Source: Camelus dromedarius (taxonomy: Eukaryota). Taken from it: a stretch of 64,000 nucleotides of DNA. This document shows positions 1 through 12,707 of this stretch, in pieces. The position numbers were made by a program, and so were the translations under genes. The stretch covers positions 88,910,001 to 88,974,000 of the forward strand of contig NC_087437.1 of the NCBI RefSeq assembly GCF_036321535.1, read 5' to 3'. The notes under the pieces are model-generated. The model was not told where the DNA came from. It was given only the letters and a program-made list of their open reading frames with translations, and did not search any database. Positions within the stretch are counted from its first letter, which is position 1, and every line of letters begins with the position of its first letter.

Positions 1-149
1 TGGATCTCCAAAGCCCCTGCTCTTAGTCCCTACAGGAGGCTTTTAATATGGAATTTACATACTCAAGGAGAGCAACACTGTCAGGGAAGAACAAGTGGGT
101 TGGCATTTCCTGAGGGCAATTCACAGCTGGGTTAATGTTAAGAGGTAAA

Positions 150-1075
150 GGAAGCTAAAGATGTGAATGGAACAATGTTGCATTGAGAAAACAGTATTTT
201 ATCTTCAGGGAATCATTGTAATCATTGGAATGACAGGGTTTTATCTCAACTTTGGAAAGAAGATTCTCCAGCATCCTGGAATATGGGATATAAAATGGCT
301 GGATTGGATGGAGGTGGGAAGACCTGGTAAGGGATACTTGCAGTAACACAAGTGACAGTAACAGTGGAAATATGGCTGGGGGAGGGGGAGTAGAGCTGAA
401 GTTCATAATGTTACTGAGTCCAAACTCGTTCTGCTTGCTGCATGACAGGCCAGCAAATCGAAAGATGAGGTGTTGGGGCAAGGAATAGTGACTTTATTCA
501 GAAAGCTCGCAGACCAAGAGGATGGCAGACTAATGTCTTGGAGAACCATCCTGCTCCAGTCAGAATACAGGCTCCTTTTATATATATAAAAAACAAAACA
601 GAGGAGGGGGTGTGGTTGGTTGTTGCAAACTTGTTGCTGCAGGAATTCTTTGTTCTTGCAGCCATCCATGTGGGTTAGGCCATGGTGTCCCTGTAAACCT
701 CCAACAAAACAAAGGTTATTCTCTATTTTGCAACTTGCCATCTCTATGTAAGTGCAGAAGTGCTAACATCCTTAAAGATCAGAGCCCCGAGATAGGCTTT
801 CTTGTATATTTCAGGCCAGAGGCAACACTGATTTACAAAAGGTGCAGAGCTGGCAAGACTGAGCCTGGAAAACAGGGCACAGTGGTCAAAACTAAAGGAA
901 CAGATCCAATACAGAGTCAGACTTGTTCTCCTCTGTTATAGTAAGACTTATTCCAGAGCTGGACAATTGAGGGCTTGGTAAGTTGTTGATATTGGACGGA
1001 AGAGAAAGTTGTGTTTGGCATAATTCCTCTGAATTTCTGATAAAGCAACTGTATATAATGGTGACTATTGGGATG
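150..1075 (-). mobile_element. Degraded L2-like LINE fragment, interrupted by the LTR at 409-940
   Basis: Purine-rich L2-like sequence (e.g. ggaggtgggaagacctggtaagggatacttgcagtaacacaag) resumes after the LTR; recognised by eye only. Confidence 0.45.
409..940 (-). mobile_element. Solo ERV1-type LTR (copy A)
   Basis: Starts TGTTAC, ends TGTTATA (decayed TGTTACA). Near 4-bp TSD ataa/gtaa. Reverse polyA signal (tttatt ~494). Colinear homology to 12708-13213. Confidence 0.8.
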
Positions 1076-1875
1076 GGGAAGGAAAAAAGGGAATTGAACA
1101 TGGAAAATGTTTATGATACAATGTAAAGAGAAAAAGAAAGTAGAACTCAAAATAATATGTTCTGTATTGTTCTTTAAAAAATATATGTGTAATATATACA
1201 AAACACTGCTGGTGAAAACCAGAACAACTATTCATTGTGAATGACCAAAGTTTTCAGTAGAACTTTTCATTGTTTCCCATATTTTCTAAATTTTCTGCAA
1301 TAAATGTGAATTAGTTATATTTCCATTAAATGAAAAGTAAATGTTACTGGAAAGATTTTGAACAGTGGTCTTATTTAAAAGTAACTAGTATGATCTTCCT
1401 GGAGAGCAAAATAAAGTACTTAGCAAAAGTAGATGATTTATTAACTTTGAATCAGGAATACCCCTCTTACGAAACTATTTTAAAGTAATACATAAATTCT
1501 CATGTTTATTTATAAATATATTTATTGTCATGCTGAAAAAGTGGCATCAACAATAGGGATTGCTGAAAAGAATTATAGCACAAGTGTGTAAATGCATATT
1601 ACACATTCACTAGAACAGTTACTTATAAAAATACATAGTCATCAAGGAAAATACTTATGATATATGAAAATAGCAGGGTATGAATTCTTTGCTGCTTTTT
1701 GCGTAGGGTATCTCTGAGTGAAAGATGATGCTGATTTTCTTCCTTGACTTGTATTTTTCAAGATTTGTAAAATATACCTATTTACTTATAAAATATGATA
1801 ATAAACATAACAAAAATAAAATAAAGGCACTTAGTTCATATTTTGAGCAGTATCACTGCTCTTTAATCATTTCAA

Positions 1876-2006
1876 GGAGGGGGTGGATATAGTTCAGTGG
1901 TAGAGCACGTGCTTAGCATGCATGAGGCTCAGGATTCAATCCCCAGTACTTCCATTAAAACTAAATAAATAAATAAACAAACCTAATTACTGCCCCCCAC
2001 CTAAAA
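1876..2006 (+). mobile_element. tRNA(Ala)-derived SINE, Vic-1-like (camelid)
   Basis: A box (tagttcagtggtaga), anticodon arm gcttagcatgc, B box (ggattcaatccc), (AAAT)n tail. Exact 11-bp TSD aatcatttcaa at 1865-1875 and 2007-2017. Confidence 0.88.
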
Positions 2007-2699
2007 AATCATTTCAAATGAGCTTAAATTTGGATTTTAATTACACAGCCAAAGAGAAGTGGAAAAGTCACCTGGATTATAAGTCTGGCTGTGTTAAGGG
2101 AAGCAGTTGGTCAAAATCATGATTGTAAATGAGAATTAATATGAAATGGCAGTGATTACATTAAAAAGTATGTTTTTGGATTTGAATATGGTAAGAGGGG
2201 TCATAGCTTTAAACTTAAAGAAGCACAAAAATTTGGAATTTCAGATAATAGGAAGATAAAAGGATATTTGTTAGGACATTATCATCTTCTTGGGATTTCA
2301 GAAAAACAATGTTCAGGGCCTACACATAGATGGCTGACTTACTTGTATTTTAGTTGCATTCTGCTTGTGTTGTTACTTGTGGATGTTTAGATACACTGAC
2401 CAACATTTAGATATGGTAGTGCTATGACTTGACTTCTATGGAAAATGTGAATCTTGAGTTAGCTATGTTTATCCTTTTCCCATAAAAAGTAATAGAATCT
2501 GTAGAAAATTCTTCATCTTCATTTAACTTTTATCAGTTTTTGAGGAAAACATAAATACTTTAGATTAATTTGATAGAGCTAAAAATTCTAGGGTGTTAAA
2601 AGGATTAAAATGATAGTATCCACATGTAAATATCTTTGTGTGTTACTGAGAACTTTTATAATAATCCTTTATAGTAATTATTTGTTGGTATTTGTTGAA

Positions 2700-2975
2700 T
2701 GACTACTATCTGCAAGTACTTTAAATGCATTATGTCCTCAAAAGAGACGATACTTAGAGATGGCTCAGAAACTGGGAATATTTAAGTTGACTTTGTTATG
2801 TGGCCACCAGGCTAGTAAGCAACAGATTCATTAGAGAAGTAGAGTATAATCTACGTTTGATAGATATCGATACCAAGGATGGGAAGGTGCAAATAACTGT
2901 CCAAAGTCCCACTACCGGAGCACAGTGTTGGAATCAAGATTCAAACAGGATTTGGTTTGAACCTCTATGCTCAGT
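2700..2975 (-). mobile_element. MIR SINE fragments
   Basis: MIR-like antisense motifs (aataactgtccaaagtccc...gaatcaagattcaaacagg). Confidence 0.45.
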
Positions 2976-3664
2976 TTCGAGTATTCCTAGAAAATAGTAT
3001 ACTACCTCTCATTCTTTAAAGACACTCTTGAGAATTTGCAATCTTAATGATAGATCTTTTCTTTTATAGATACCTGTTTAAATATTTGTCATAATGCTTA
3101 CATATTTTTTTGTGGTCATACTTTTTATGTATAGCTGTTGACAACTTAATTCTTATATGAAGGTATAATTGACATACAGCATGGTATTAGTTTCAGATGT
3201 ACAGCATAATGACTTGATACTTGTATATACTGAGAAATAATCACTGCAGTAAGTCTGGTGAGTATCTGTTACCGTATACAGCTTCAGAATTTTTTTCTTG
3301 TGATAAGAACTTTTAAGATCTGTTCTCTTAGCAACTTTCAAATATGCAGTACAGTACTGATAACTACAATCACCATGTTGTACATGACATCCCCATGACT
3401 TTTTTATTTTCTAAGTGGAAGTTTGTACCTTTTGACTTCTTTCATCCATTTGCAAACACCAATGTATCTCTGTATCTATGAACTAAGCTTCCTTCCTTTC
3501 TTTCTTTCTTTTCTTTTTTAGATTCCACATTTTTCACATTTAAGTGAGAGGATTCAGGTTTTATCATTTTTTTGGCTGACTTATTTCACTTAGTATAATG
3601 CACTCAAGGTGCACCTATATTGTCACAAAAAGATTTTACTCTTTTCTGCTGAATAATATTCTAG

Positions 3665-3711
3665 TGTGTGTGTATGTGTGTGTGTGTGTGTGTGTGTGTT
3701 GTGTGTGTGTA
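3665..3711. repeat. (TG)n microsatellite within L1
   Basis: Direct reading. Confidence 0.95.
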
Positions 3712-4386
3712 TACACCATATCTTCTTTATCCATTCATTTGTTGATGGACAATTAGGTTGTTTCCATATCTTGGTTACTGTAAATAATGCTGCGATAAAC
3801 ATTGGAGTGCATAAATCTTTTTGAGTTAGTGTTTCTGCTTTCTTCAGGTAAATACCCAGAAGTGGGATTTCTGGATCATATGGTAGTTCTATTTTTAATT
3901 TTTTGAGGAAACTCCATACTGTCTAGTGGCTGCACTAATTTACATTTCCACCAACCATGCCCAAGGGTTCCTTTTTCTCCATTCTTCCAGCATTTTTTTA
4001 ATCTCTTGTCTTTCTGATAATACTACTTTAACAGATGTGAGGTAATATCTTATTTATGGTTTTGATTTATATTTCCCTGATGACTAATGAAACTGAGCAC
4101 TTTTTCATGTACCTGTAAGCCATCTGTATGTCTTCTTTGGACAAATGTCTATTCAGGCCCTGTGCCCATTTTTAAGTTGAATTGTTTTTCGCTGAGTTGT
4201 ATGAGTTCTTTATATATTTTGGATGTTAACTCCTTATTAAATATATGATTTAAAAATATTTTCTACCTTTCAGCATGTTGTCTTTTCTGTTGTTGATAGT
4301 TTCTTTTGCTGTAGAGAAGCTTTTTGGTTTAATGTAGTCCCACTTACTTATTTTTGCTTTTGTTGTCCTTACTTTTGGTGTCAAAT

Positions 4387-4434
4387 ACAAAACAAAAACA
4401 AAAACAAAAACAAAAACAAAAACAAAAACAAAAA
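4387..4434. repeat. (AAAAAC)n repeat
   Basis: Direct reading; source of the spurious VFVFVF ORF. Confidence 0.95.
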
Positions 4435-4658
4435 CCATCACCAAGACTATGCCAAGGCGCTTCTTTTTATGTTTTCTTCTAGGACTTTTCTGGTTTCAGG
4501 TTTTACATTCAATTTTTGTTTTGAGTTAATTTTTGTGTATGGTGTAAGATAGTGGACCAGTTTTATTCTTTTTTGCATGTTGCTGTCTAGTTTTTTTCAA
4601 CAACATTTACTGAAGAGGCTATCCTTTCCTCATTGTATATTCTTGGCTTCATTGTCAT

Positions 4659-4722
4659 AATTTAATTTAATTTAATTTAATTTAATTTTCCTGATTTTAT
4701 ATATACATATATATATATATAC

Positions 4723-4755
<33 letters not shown>

Positions 4756-4769
4756 TACACACATATATA
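4659..4769. repeat. Compound (ATTTA)n + (TA)n/(CA)n microsatellite expanded inside the L1
   Basis: Direct reading. Confidence 0.9.
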
Positions 4770-5939
4770 GATACCAGTTTATTTTTGGACTGTCTATTTT
4801 GTTCCATTGATCTATGTCTCTGTTTTTATGCCAGCAGTATATTGTTTTGATGACTGTAAGTCTGCAGTATAGTTTGAAATCAGGGAGTGTGATATCTACA
4901 GGTTTGTTTTTCTTTCTCAAGACTGCTTTATCTACTTGGGGTCTTTTGCGGCTCCTCCACACAGGTTTTAGGATTTTTTTTTTTTAAGTTCTGTGAAAAA
5001 ATGCCATTGGAATTTTGATTTTTTGCATTGAATCTGTAGATTGCTTTGGGTAGTATAGACATTTTTTATATATTTTAACAGCATTAATTCTTCCAATCCC
5101 CAAACTTGCGCTATCTTTCCATTTATTTGTGTCTTCTTCAATTTATTTCTATAATATCTGATAGTTTTTTAGAATACAGGTGTTTTACCTCCTTGGTTAA
5201 ATTTATTCCAGAGTATTTTATTCTTTTGGATGTAATTATAAATGAAATTATTTTCTTAATTTCTCTTTCTAATAGTTTGTTGTTAGTGTATAGAAGCACA
5301 CCAGAGTTTTTATACTGATTTTGCATCCTACCACTTTACTGAATTCATTTATTAGTTTTAACAGTTAATATTACGTCCTCTGCAAAGAGTGACAGTTTTA
5401 CTTCTTCCTTTCCAATTTGGATGCCTTTATTTGTTTTTCTTGCCTAATTGCTCTGGCTAGGCCTTCCAAAACTTTCAAATTGTATTTACCTGTTAAATAC
5501 TTCTTATAGTGCTTATGTTTATTTCTTTTGCGGTCATACCTTTCATATATACCTGTTAACAATTTAATTTTTATATATAAACTTTCCATATGTTCTATAT
5601 ATATTTGTGCTGCTGTAATTTAACTTAGTTATTTTAGGTTAAGGGGAAAGTGTTCTCTTCTAGAATAGAATAAAAGATATCCTTTTCCCCATAGCCCTTC
5701 CTCTTTTCTTTTTTCCATGTCTTTCCATCTCTTCCTTCCATCGTTCACATCTTTTTTTTTTTTTAACTTAACTATGGATTTAAAACTTATAGTGTTAGGA
5801 GAAGGGAGATTTAATGTGGAGATGAGTGTGATTTTTCATTCTATATAGCTCTTTATCTTACCAAGGGCAGGGCAGAAAAATAATGGGAGGTTTGTTTTTT
5901 TTTTTTTTTCCCAGTGATTTTAAGAAGATGTTTATATTA

Positions 5940-6110
5940 AAACTCAGTATTCTTCAGTTTCACTTGCTCTTATGAAACAGGAATTATTTTCTCTATTTTG
6001 CAAATGAGTCAACTGAAACTCAGTGAAATTAAATAATGCCTCCAAAGTCATTCAGTAAGAATGTGTTCTGAATGAGTATTTGAACCTAGATCTGCCTGGA
6101 ATCAGTGCTC
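5940..6110 (-). mobile_element. MIR SINE
   Basis: Antisense MIR core: tattttgcaaatgagtcaactgaaactcagtgaaattaaataatgcctccaaagtca...tttgaacctagatctg. Confidence 0.7.
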
Positions 6111-7022
6111 GTCTTTTTCTATTTATGTACTCTCTTCTTTTATTTTAAACCGAGGATTATAAAACTTCAGAGGTGAAAGAACATTTGAGATTACTCACTT
6201 CAACTACTTCAATTCGTGTTTTCAAGAACTGTGGCCTAGAAGGTAAAACACTTAAGGTCATGTAACCAACTACTATAGTACCAGCATTGTGATTGTGGTT
6301 GCTTTCTTTCTACATTTCAGGAAGGAACTAACAAATTGGCCTAAATTCCTTGGCTTACTGGGTTTAAAAAAAAAAAAAAAAAAGACTCCTGAAGGGGAGA
6401 TGAATTAGAAAATGATGTACCATTTGGACAAATGACGATTTTTGTAAATGAAACTGCACCCCTGCCACAATGTCAGGTATCAGCGTGTCAGGATTGGAGG
6501 TGGGCTTTAACTCCTCCATCCACTTCAGCTGGACACCCTTGAGCTGTGTACCAATTCATGACCATTTGTAGTAGCTCTCCAAATAGAGACTTCAAAAGCC
6601 TTTCTTTTGTCTCTTCTTACACAGCATCTTCTTTAGCTTATGTCACATGGTGTTGCTTTGCTGCTCCGATCTCTATTAGGGGTATATTGTTGATATGTTA
6701 CTACAACCAAAGCACTGATTGTTGCTTTAATTATTGCTCTTAGGAGTGTCTTGGTCTTATGCCAATATCAACAGTGCTTTCATCTTTAGGGCTTTAAGCA
6801 GGCACTCCATTATGCAGTCATATGAACTGCAGACTCCATTGTAACAAATCTGTTCTCAATAGACCCTTTAGGCTTATATTCAATTACTCTTTCACTTACA
6901 GGATTTTAACATTGTAGGCCAAAATTGAACATCTTGTTCTACTAATTATAAACAATAAAAATTTTTACATTCTCTAATTAACTTAAATTCAGAAACAAAA
7001 TTAGCAACTCATATGCCCCTAA

Positions 7023-7162
7023 ACTAGTAGTTCTCAAAGTATTCTCCCTGATTGAGAAATATTAACATCACCTGGTCACTTGATGGAACATAAAAATTCT
7101 GTGCCCGGTCAAGAATCACTACTGAGTGATTCTGATGTGCACTGAAGTTTGAGAGCAACACA
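7023..7162. mobile_element. MER5A-like hAT DNA transposon relic (internally deleted)
   Basis: Termini agtagttctcaaa...tttgagagcaaca; motif tgattctgatgtgcactgaagtttgaga; internal inverted repeat agaatcact/agtgattct. Confidence 0.7.
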
Positions 7163-10100
7163 TCTAAACCATGATGCTTTACTTGCTTTACTCCTCAAAT
7201 ATTCTATATTACAGCCACACATGCTGACCCATTCATTTCCAATTATGCTACTAAGTTTGCCTATTTTTCTTTTTATCAAATAGCATGTGTAACTTAGGGA
7301 AACTTGCAAGCACGCTGAAAAAAAATAATGATATGATGGAGATCATACCAAATGCCCTTATAGACTTCATAGTAAACATTATTTGCCAATTTTTTTTATA
7401 TAAGAAAATACTGCAACATATTTTTTGTATATTTCTTAAATATATTTCTTAAGTTTAATTTCATTGTTCCTAACATCAGAGAAAATATATATCAGAGGTT
7501 TTAGAATATAGGTTCAAAATTTAGTTATCATATTTGTTCACTGCATTGTGGTTTATTTTAAAACTAGACGTGGTAATTGAAGAGTTTCTTGGGTTAATTG
7601 TTCTGATTGAAGAAAGGGTCCTTAATCTATTTTCAGTCATAACTCTTCAATAGGAAAGTAGATAGATGTATTTGAAACTGAATAATAGATAATACTAAAA
7701 TTAGTTTTACATTAGTTTACAAAAAATATACACATATATTGTTCTAAAAATGTTTGCACTGTTACTTTCATTTTCAAATCTCTAGTTGTGCTAATTTGGT
7801 TATCTTGACAATTAAGCTGTTAAACATAAAAAAAAATTGTACCATTCCAACATAATTAGATAGCTGATTATGGTAACAGTCACAGCTGCTGAAGCCCAGT
7901 ACAACCTAAACACTTCATTCTTTAATTTCTTAGTAAAAATAGAGTACCTGTCTATGTGGTGATCATAAATTAGTTTCTTGCCATTTGTATTACTAAATTT
8001 TATTTTTGTATCTCAAAACTGAATCGACTTTTGTAGCAAAAGAAATACTATAAATTCTTTTAGTTAACTACATGGAAAACAAAATTATTTCTTTCTTGAA
8101 CACACAACTTTTTTTTTTCTTTCCGAAAATCACTATATTCATTTAGTGATACTTAGAATTTTTTGTGGAGTGTTATCACTCTAGCAACAAAACAGGTTTA
8201 TGGTGTCTCTGCAGCTGAAATATCAACTAGAGACAGAGTGTGTGAAATTCCCCTACACTTTCTTGTGTAATTCTCAAGTTCCACAGAGTACGTCACATTG
8301 TAACAACAGATGTGTGCTGTCCATTAGGCACTGCTGTCCCATTTTGTCTAATTGGTCTCAATATTGTAGCTGTCAGATATGCTTCCTCTTGTCATCTGAG
8401 CCATCTACCAGACATATCATTCATCATTTCTACATTATAACACAAAATGTGTGTCTTTTTAATACTAGTCCTTTTGGACAAGCTAGTTGTTTCTTCTGTA
8501 TATTCTTTCAGCTCTGCTGTCTTATGGGAAGCATAAATCTATTTTCCTTGTTTGAAAGGTTTCCTCTAAGATGTAGAGTATTGACTTAAATAGTTGCAGC
8601 ATGCAGTGGATTACTCAGGAGCTGAACATTTGCGTATTTTGTTGAAGGGATAATAATTGTTTATTATAAAGACTAAAATACAGACACAAGTACACCTGAG
8701 CTCATGCTCGTAACACACACATACATAAGATTACCGATGGTTGGTTTGAGTACATGAGACCTCAGGCAATCTGGGATGATGGCTAGTCATCAGTCATCTG
8801 ATTTAATGACAGGTGCATATTTGTCTTATTCATCTCTATGATCTGTACACTCATCAAGGAAATTTCCATTCACTATTTTTGGGGTAAACATGGAAAATTC
8901 TGAAGATTCAAAAAGGAGCAGGCTACTGGGGGTTAGGATTCCATCTAAACAAGGTAAATTCCAGACAGTTTTTAATTTTATATTACTAGGAAAAATCTAT
9001 TAGTAAGGCTCTTTGCAGTTTTTTACAACACTTTGTTTTTTGGGGTAGTGTGTGGTATTTATTGTTAGTCACTGCAAAGTAATGAGTCAAAGAAAGTTGT
9101 GATAGTCTCCATGAGGAAATTAGTACCTAATGTGGTTGAATCTATTGGCAACAGGTCACGCAGTATTGCATGGCCAAACCAACCAGGCCTCTGACTCCTA
9201 AATCAATAATCCTCAAATTATGCCAATAATAAACATCAATCATTAAAATAAGGGAAAGATTTTCTCTCTCTTTTAGTACCTGTAATATTCGAATGAGTGT
9301 CGTGGTCTCCCATTATGATCTCACCACGTCATTGATTTGGCTTTCTTACAAACAGCTGAGGTGGGCTTAGCTCATTATTCCCTAATTTACTTAACAAACA
9401 TGGAAATGGACTGAGATAGGGATTGATGATCTGTACACATAATCAGGGAAATCCTTCCATGTACATTTATGAATTATACTGACTTATAAATATGTTACCT
9501 ATTGATTAAAGTGGTCAATTTATTTGTCCATCTAGACAGTCTAAAGAAAAATATAGAAATGAAGAGTGTTATCATAGAGCTTTATATTAAGCCCCTAAAT
9601 CAGTTGTTCCATTTCTACAATAATAAAAATAACTTTTGATTTGTATAGTTATTTCTGTTGCTTTGGCTATAATAATCACCCTGATGAATGTTCAACTTTG
9701 AAAATAGAAGCAACTATAAAAATAATAAAGATGCCAACATGGCAGTACTTTGCCTCTCTTTTTATGGAGAATATATTATAGTGCTGCTGCTTTTGACAAG
9801 AGACAGTCTGTTCTATGGGCATGATGTGGCTCCCAGATACACAAGCAGCTAAGAGCATCCAAATGACATAATAGGAATACAATTACGGCTCTCAGAGAGT
9901 CTGTTCCATCACTAGTCATATCTGGATTGTCCCAATTGAAGCAGTAATATGAGCACTTTTTTTGGTGATTTAAATACATGTGTTTTCTACTCATTTCTGT
10001 GCAATAATGGTTTCAAATTTGTTCCTTCTTTCAGTCTTTCCTGTAAGATTTTTAGCGGTGAATTGACTTGCATTAGTAAAATAACAGTATGAAAAAAAAA

Positions 10101-12294
10101 AAAAAGAAACTTTTCTTTGCCTGAAAAACACTAGAGTATCATAAACAATTAGACGTGTCCAAGCATGACTCCAAGCATTTTGGGAAGCAGGAAAACAAAA
10201 CAAATCAGAGCATTTACATATGGAAATAAGTTTGTCTTTATTTTTTAGGCTTTTATATCTCTGGGCATATACCCTTAAGAATGTGGAAAAGTAAAAGAAA
10301 ATGCTATAGATTTTAGAACATTAAAAATAAATTATATTGTTTGTGTAAAATACTTCAAAAAAATTGACATTTCCAGCCATGTGCTTTTTGATTCTAGAAT
10401 AAAAGAAATGAATTTGCTAAAGCAAGGGGTCTAAATTAATTATACATAACTTAGGAACAAATTATTTTAAAAAGTATATACACTAAAGCAGTGAATGTGG
10501 TGCATACACATACTACAATGTCAGAAAAAATAGCCTTGTCAAAGACCATAGTATATTGGCAACAATTTAGAATCCGTCAAGTGTGATAAAGTAGGGCAGA
10601 TTCCTTAACATCTCTAGGCCTAGTTTAATAGGAATAATAATTATAATACCTATATCTTTGGTTTGTTGTGCAGTTTATGTACAATAAGATAATTGTTGAA
10701 TAATATTTAATAGGCAGAATTGTTTTACGAAAAATTGCTTAGAACTATCAGGCATCATGCATAAAAACTATTAATGATATTTTTAAAAATGGAAAATTGT
10801 ACATGGAAATTAACATTTCCGCAAAGAGAACAGTTGGACGTCCAAACTGAAGTTCTTTGAGATTTACCCAAAGACTTCCATGGTGCTTGTGTTAAAAAGA
10901 GAACAGTGACTCAAGCTTTTGGCACACTGGGCAACTAACATACCTATCAAAAATCCTTGGAGATTTGTGAAAGGAAAATATTTTCTGCTGTTTTCAATGA
11001 GTGTATTCGTCACTCTAACAGTTTTAAAAATAACCTCTAAATGCTAAGCAGGAACACTTTAGTACATTCAGCCATTCAGTCATTTTTCCATTCAAAAAAC
11101 ATTTTTAACTGCCTACTATGTGTCAGAAAGTGTGCTGGACTCCAGATGAAAACCATATGGGCCCAGTCTCAGGGAACTTCTGATGTTCTCACCAAACAAT
11201 GCCAAGATAATGACTCAAACACTCTTGCTTTTTTTTAACATCCAGACCTAGCATCGAATCTTTTAAGATATCCACAGAAGTTATAATCTCTGTATTTATT
11301 GATTCACTGACCAAATGGGGTCATTGTTAAAACTAAATAGTGAGGAAAAACTGTTTACTCCTAAAGAGATCATAAGGAGGACCTATTTGGGGGTCTAGTT
11401 ATTATTTTCTTCAAAGAGAAATTTCTTGAGTTTATGCTTTAGTAAGTCCAAACCTTTGAGTGTCAGAGAAGAAAAATCACACTGTGTAATAGAAATTTAA
11501 GTTAAATGTTCTAGTCAATTCATACATGCTAGCTGTTAGCAAGCATATTTTGCTGATGTGCTAAATTTTTAATTTCATAAGAAAAGTTCTATTTAACAAG
11601 TTATAAAAAAGAGCTACTTGGATAAAAAATTATCTTAATATTTCTATTGTTATATTTAAGAAATAGTTCCATGATCTATAAGTACTCATATATAAATATC
11701 TTTAAGCAATTTTAACGTCATCTTAGAAATTCCCTAAAGTAAATTTTGTTATATACCTAATACTGTTATGTTTGATCTACCTATAAGCCCAAAATTCACT
11801 TAAGTACTATGTCCAGTTAAAATATAAGAAAAGCAATTATTGTTTTGACATCAGAGTTTTTTACTTTTCTTAGGAAGATTTCAGTCACTTAAAAGTCCAT
11901 GTTGTTGAACACCAAAATACATGAAATACTTCTACCTTTTAAAGATGCCCCCACCCCAGTTCTTTCTGGATTATCTTCAAGTGGTCACTGAGAGCAGAAC
12001 ATTAATTTAGAAAAAATAAATTCTAGAATGCAATTTGACCCTTTTTTTTTAAATTCTAGAACTCCTCAAATCGAGGTAAACCTAAAAGGAAAATTTTATT
12101 TTAAAATAGAGTAATCATAAGAACATTCCCCTCTAAAATATGACATATATTTACATAATCATTATGAAAACTACGTAATGATTCATGCCAAGCAATTTTG
12201 AATATGTTGGTTCTGTTATGACTTATCTTAAGGCTGACTGAGTTTTTACAAATGGTTTCTTCCTAAATCTAATGTAGAAAGGAAGAACAAATCA

Positions 12295-12535
12295 GTTAAG
12301 GACCAGACAAGCTGAACAGCCTGACTTCAAATCCTGCTTCTACCATTTGCTGGCTTTTTGATCTGCTCTGGGTCCCCATCTCTATTTGGGAATGAATTCT
12401 TATTCCCCTCAAAAACAAAAACAAAAACAAAAACAAAAACAAAACTTTCTGATAGGGGTGGCACAAAGACGAAATTAGTTAATACACAAAGAAGCACTTA
12501 AGAGTAACACCTCCATAAGAATTAGCTCTTATTTT
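12295..12535 (+). mobile_element. MIR SINE containing an (AAAAAC)n expansion at ~12411-12445
   Basis: ttcaaatcctgcttctaccatttgctggct...ttaatacacaaagaagcacttaagagta. Confidence 0.6.
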
Positions 12536-12707
12536 TCATCTCTTTCTTATTTCATGTATCCATGGCTATAAAAATTACCTTTGGCTTCTAGAAAATAAAA
12601 TTGGTAAGTCTAAAGGAACACTCAGTGCTATGAAGGCTTCCTGTAAGTTGCTCAATGCTATGAGTGCTTTCTATAAAAATTATTTGCTATCAGATCATCT
12701 CTAATTA

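Larger units (their letters stand above)
3150..5470 (-). mobile_element. Old 5'-truncated L1 (L1MA8/9-like 3'UTR plus ORF2 C-terminal half), decayed
   Basis: Minus-strand ORF fragments are L1 ORF2-like ([79 protein letters not shown]). L1MA-type 3'UTR at 3150-3600. Confidence 0.92.

Noticed and set aside
1876..1952. tRNA-Ala gene
   Set aside because: Mispaired stems, an A-rich tail and a flanking TSD indicate a SINE, not a functional tRNA
8200..8589. 129-aa ORF
   Set aside because: Cys/Phe/Ser-rich composition typical of chance AT-rich ORFs; no recognisable domain
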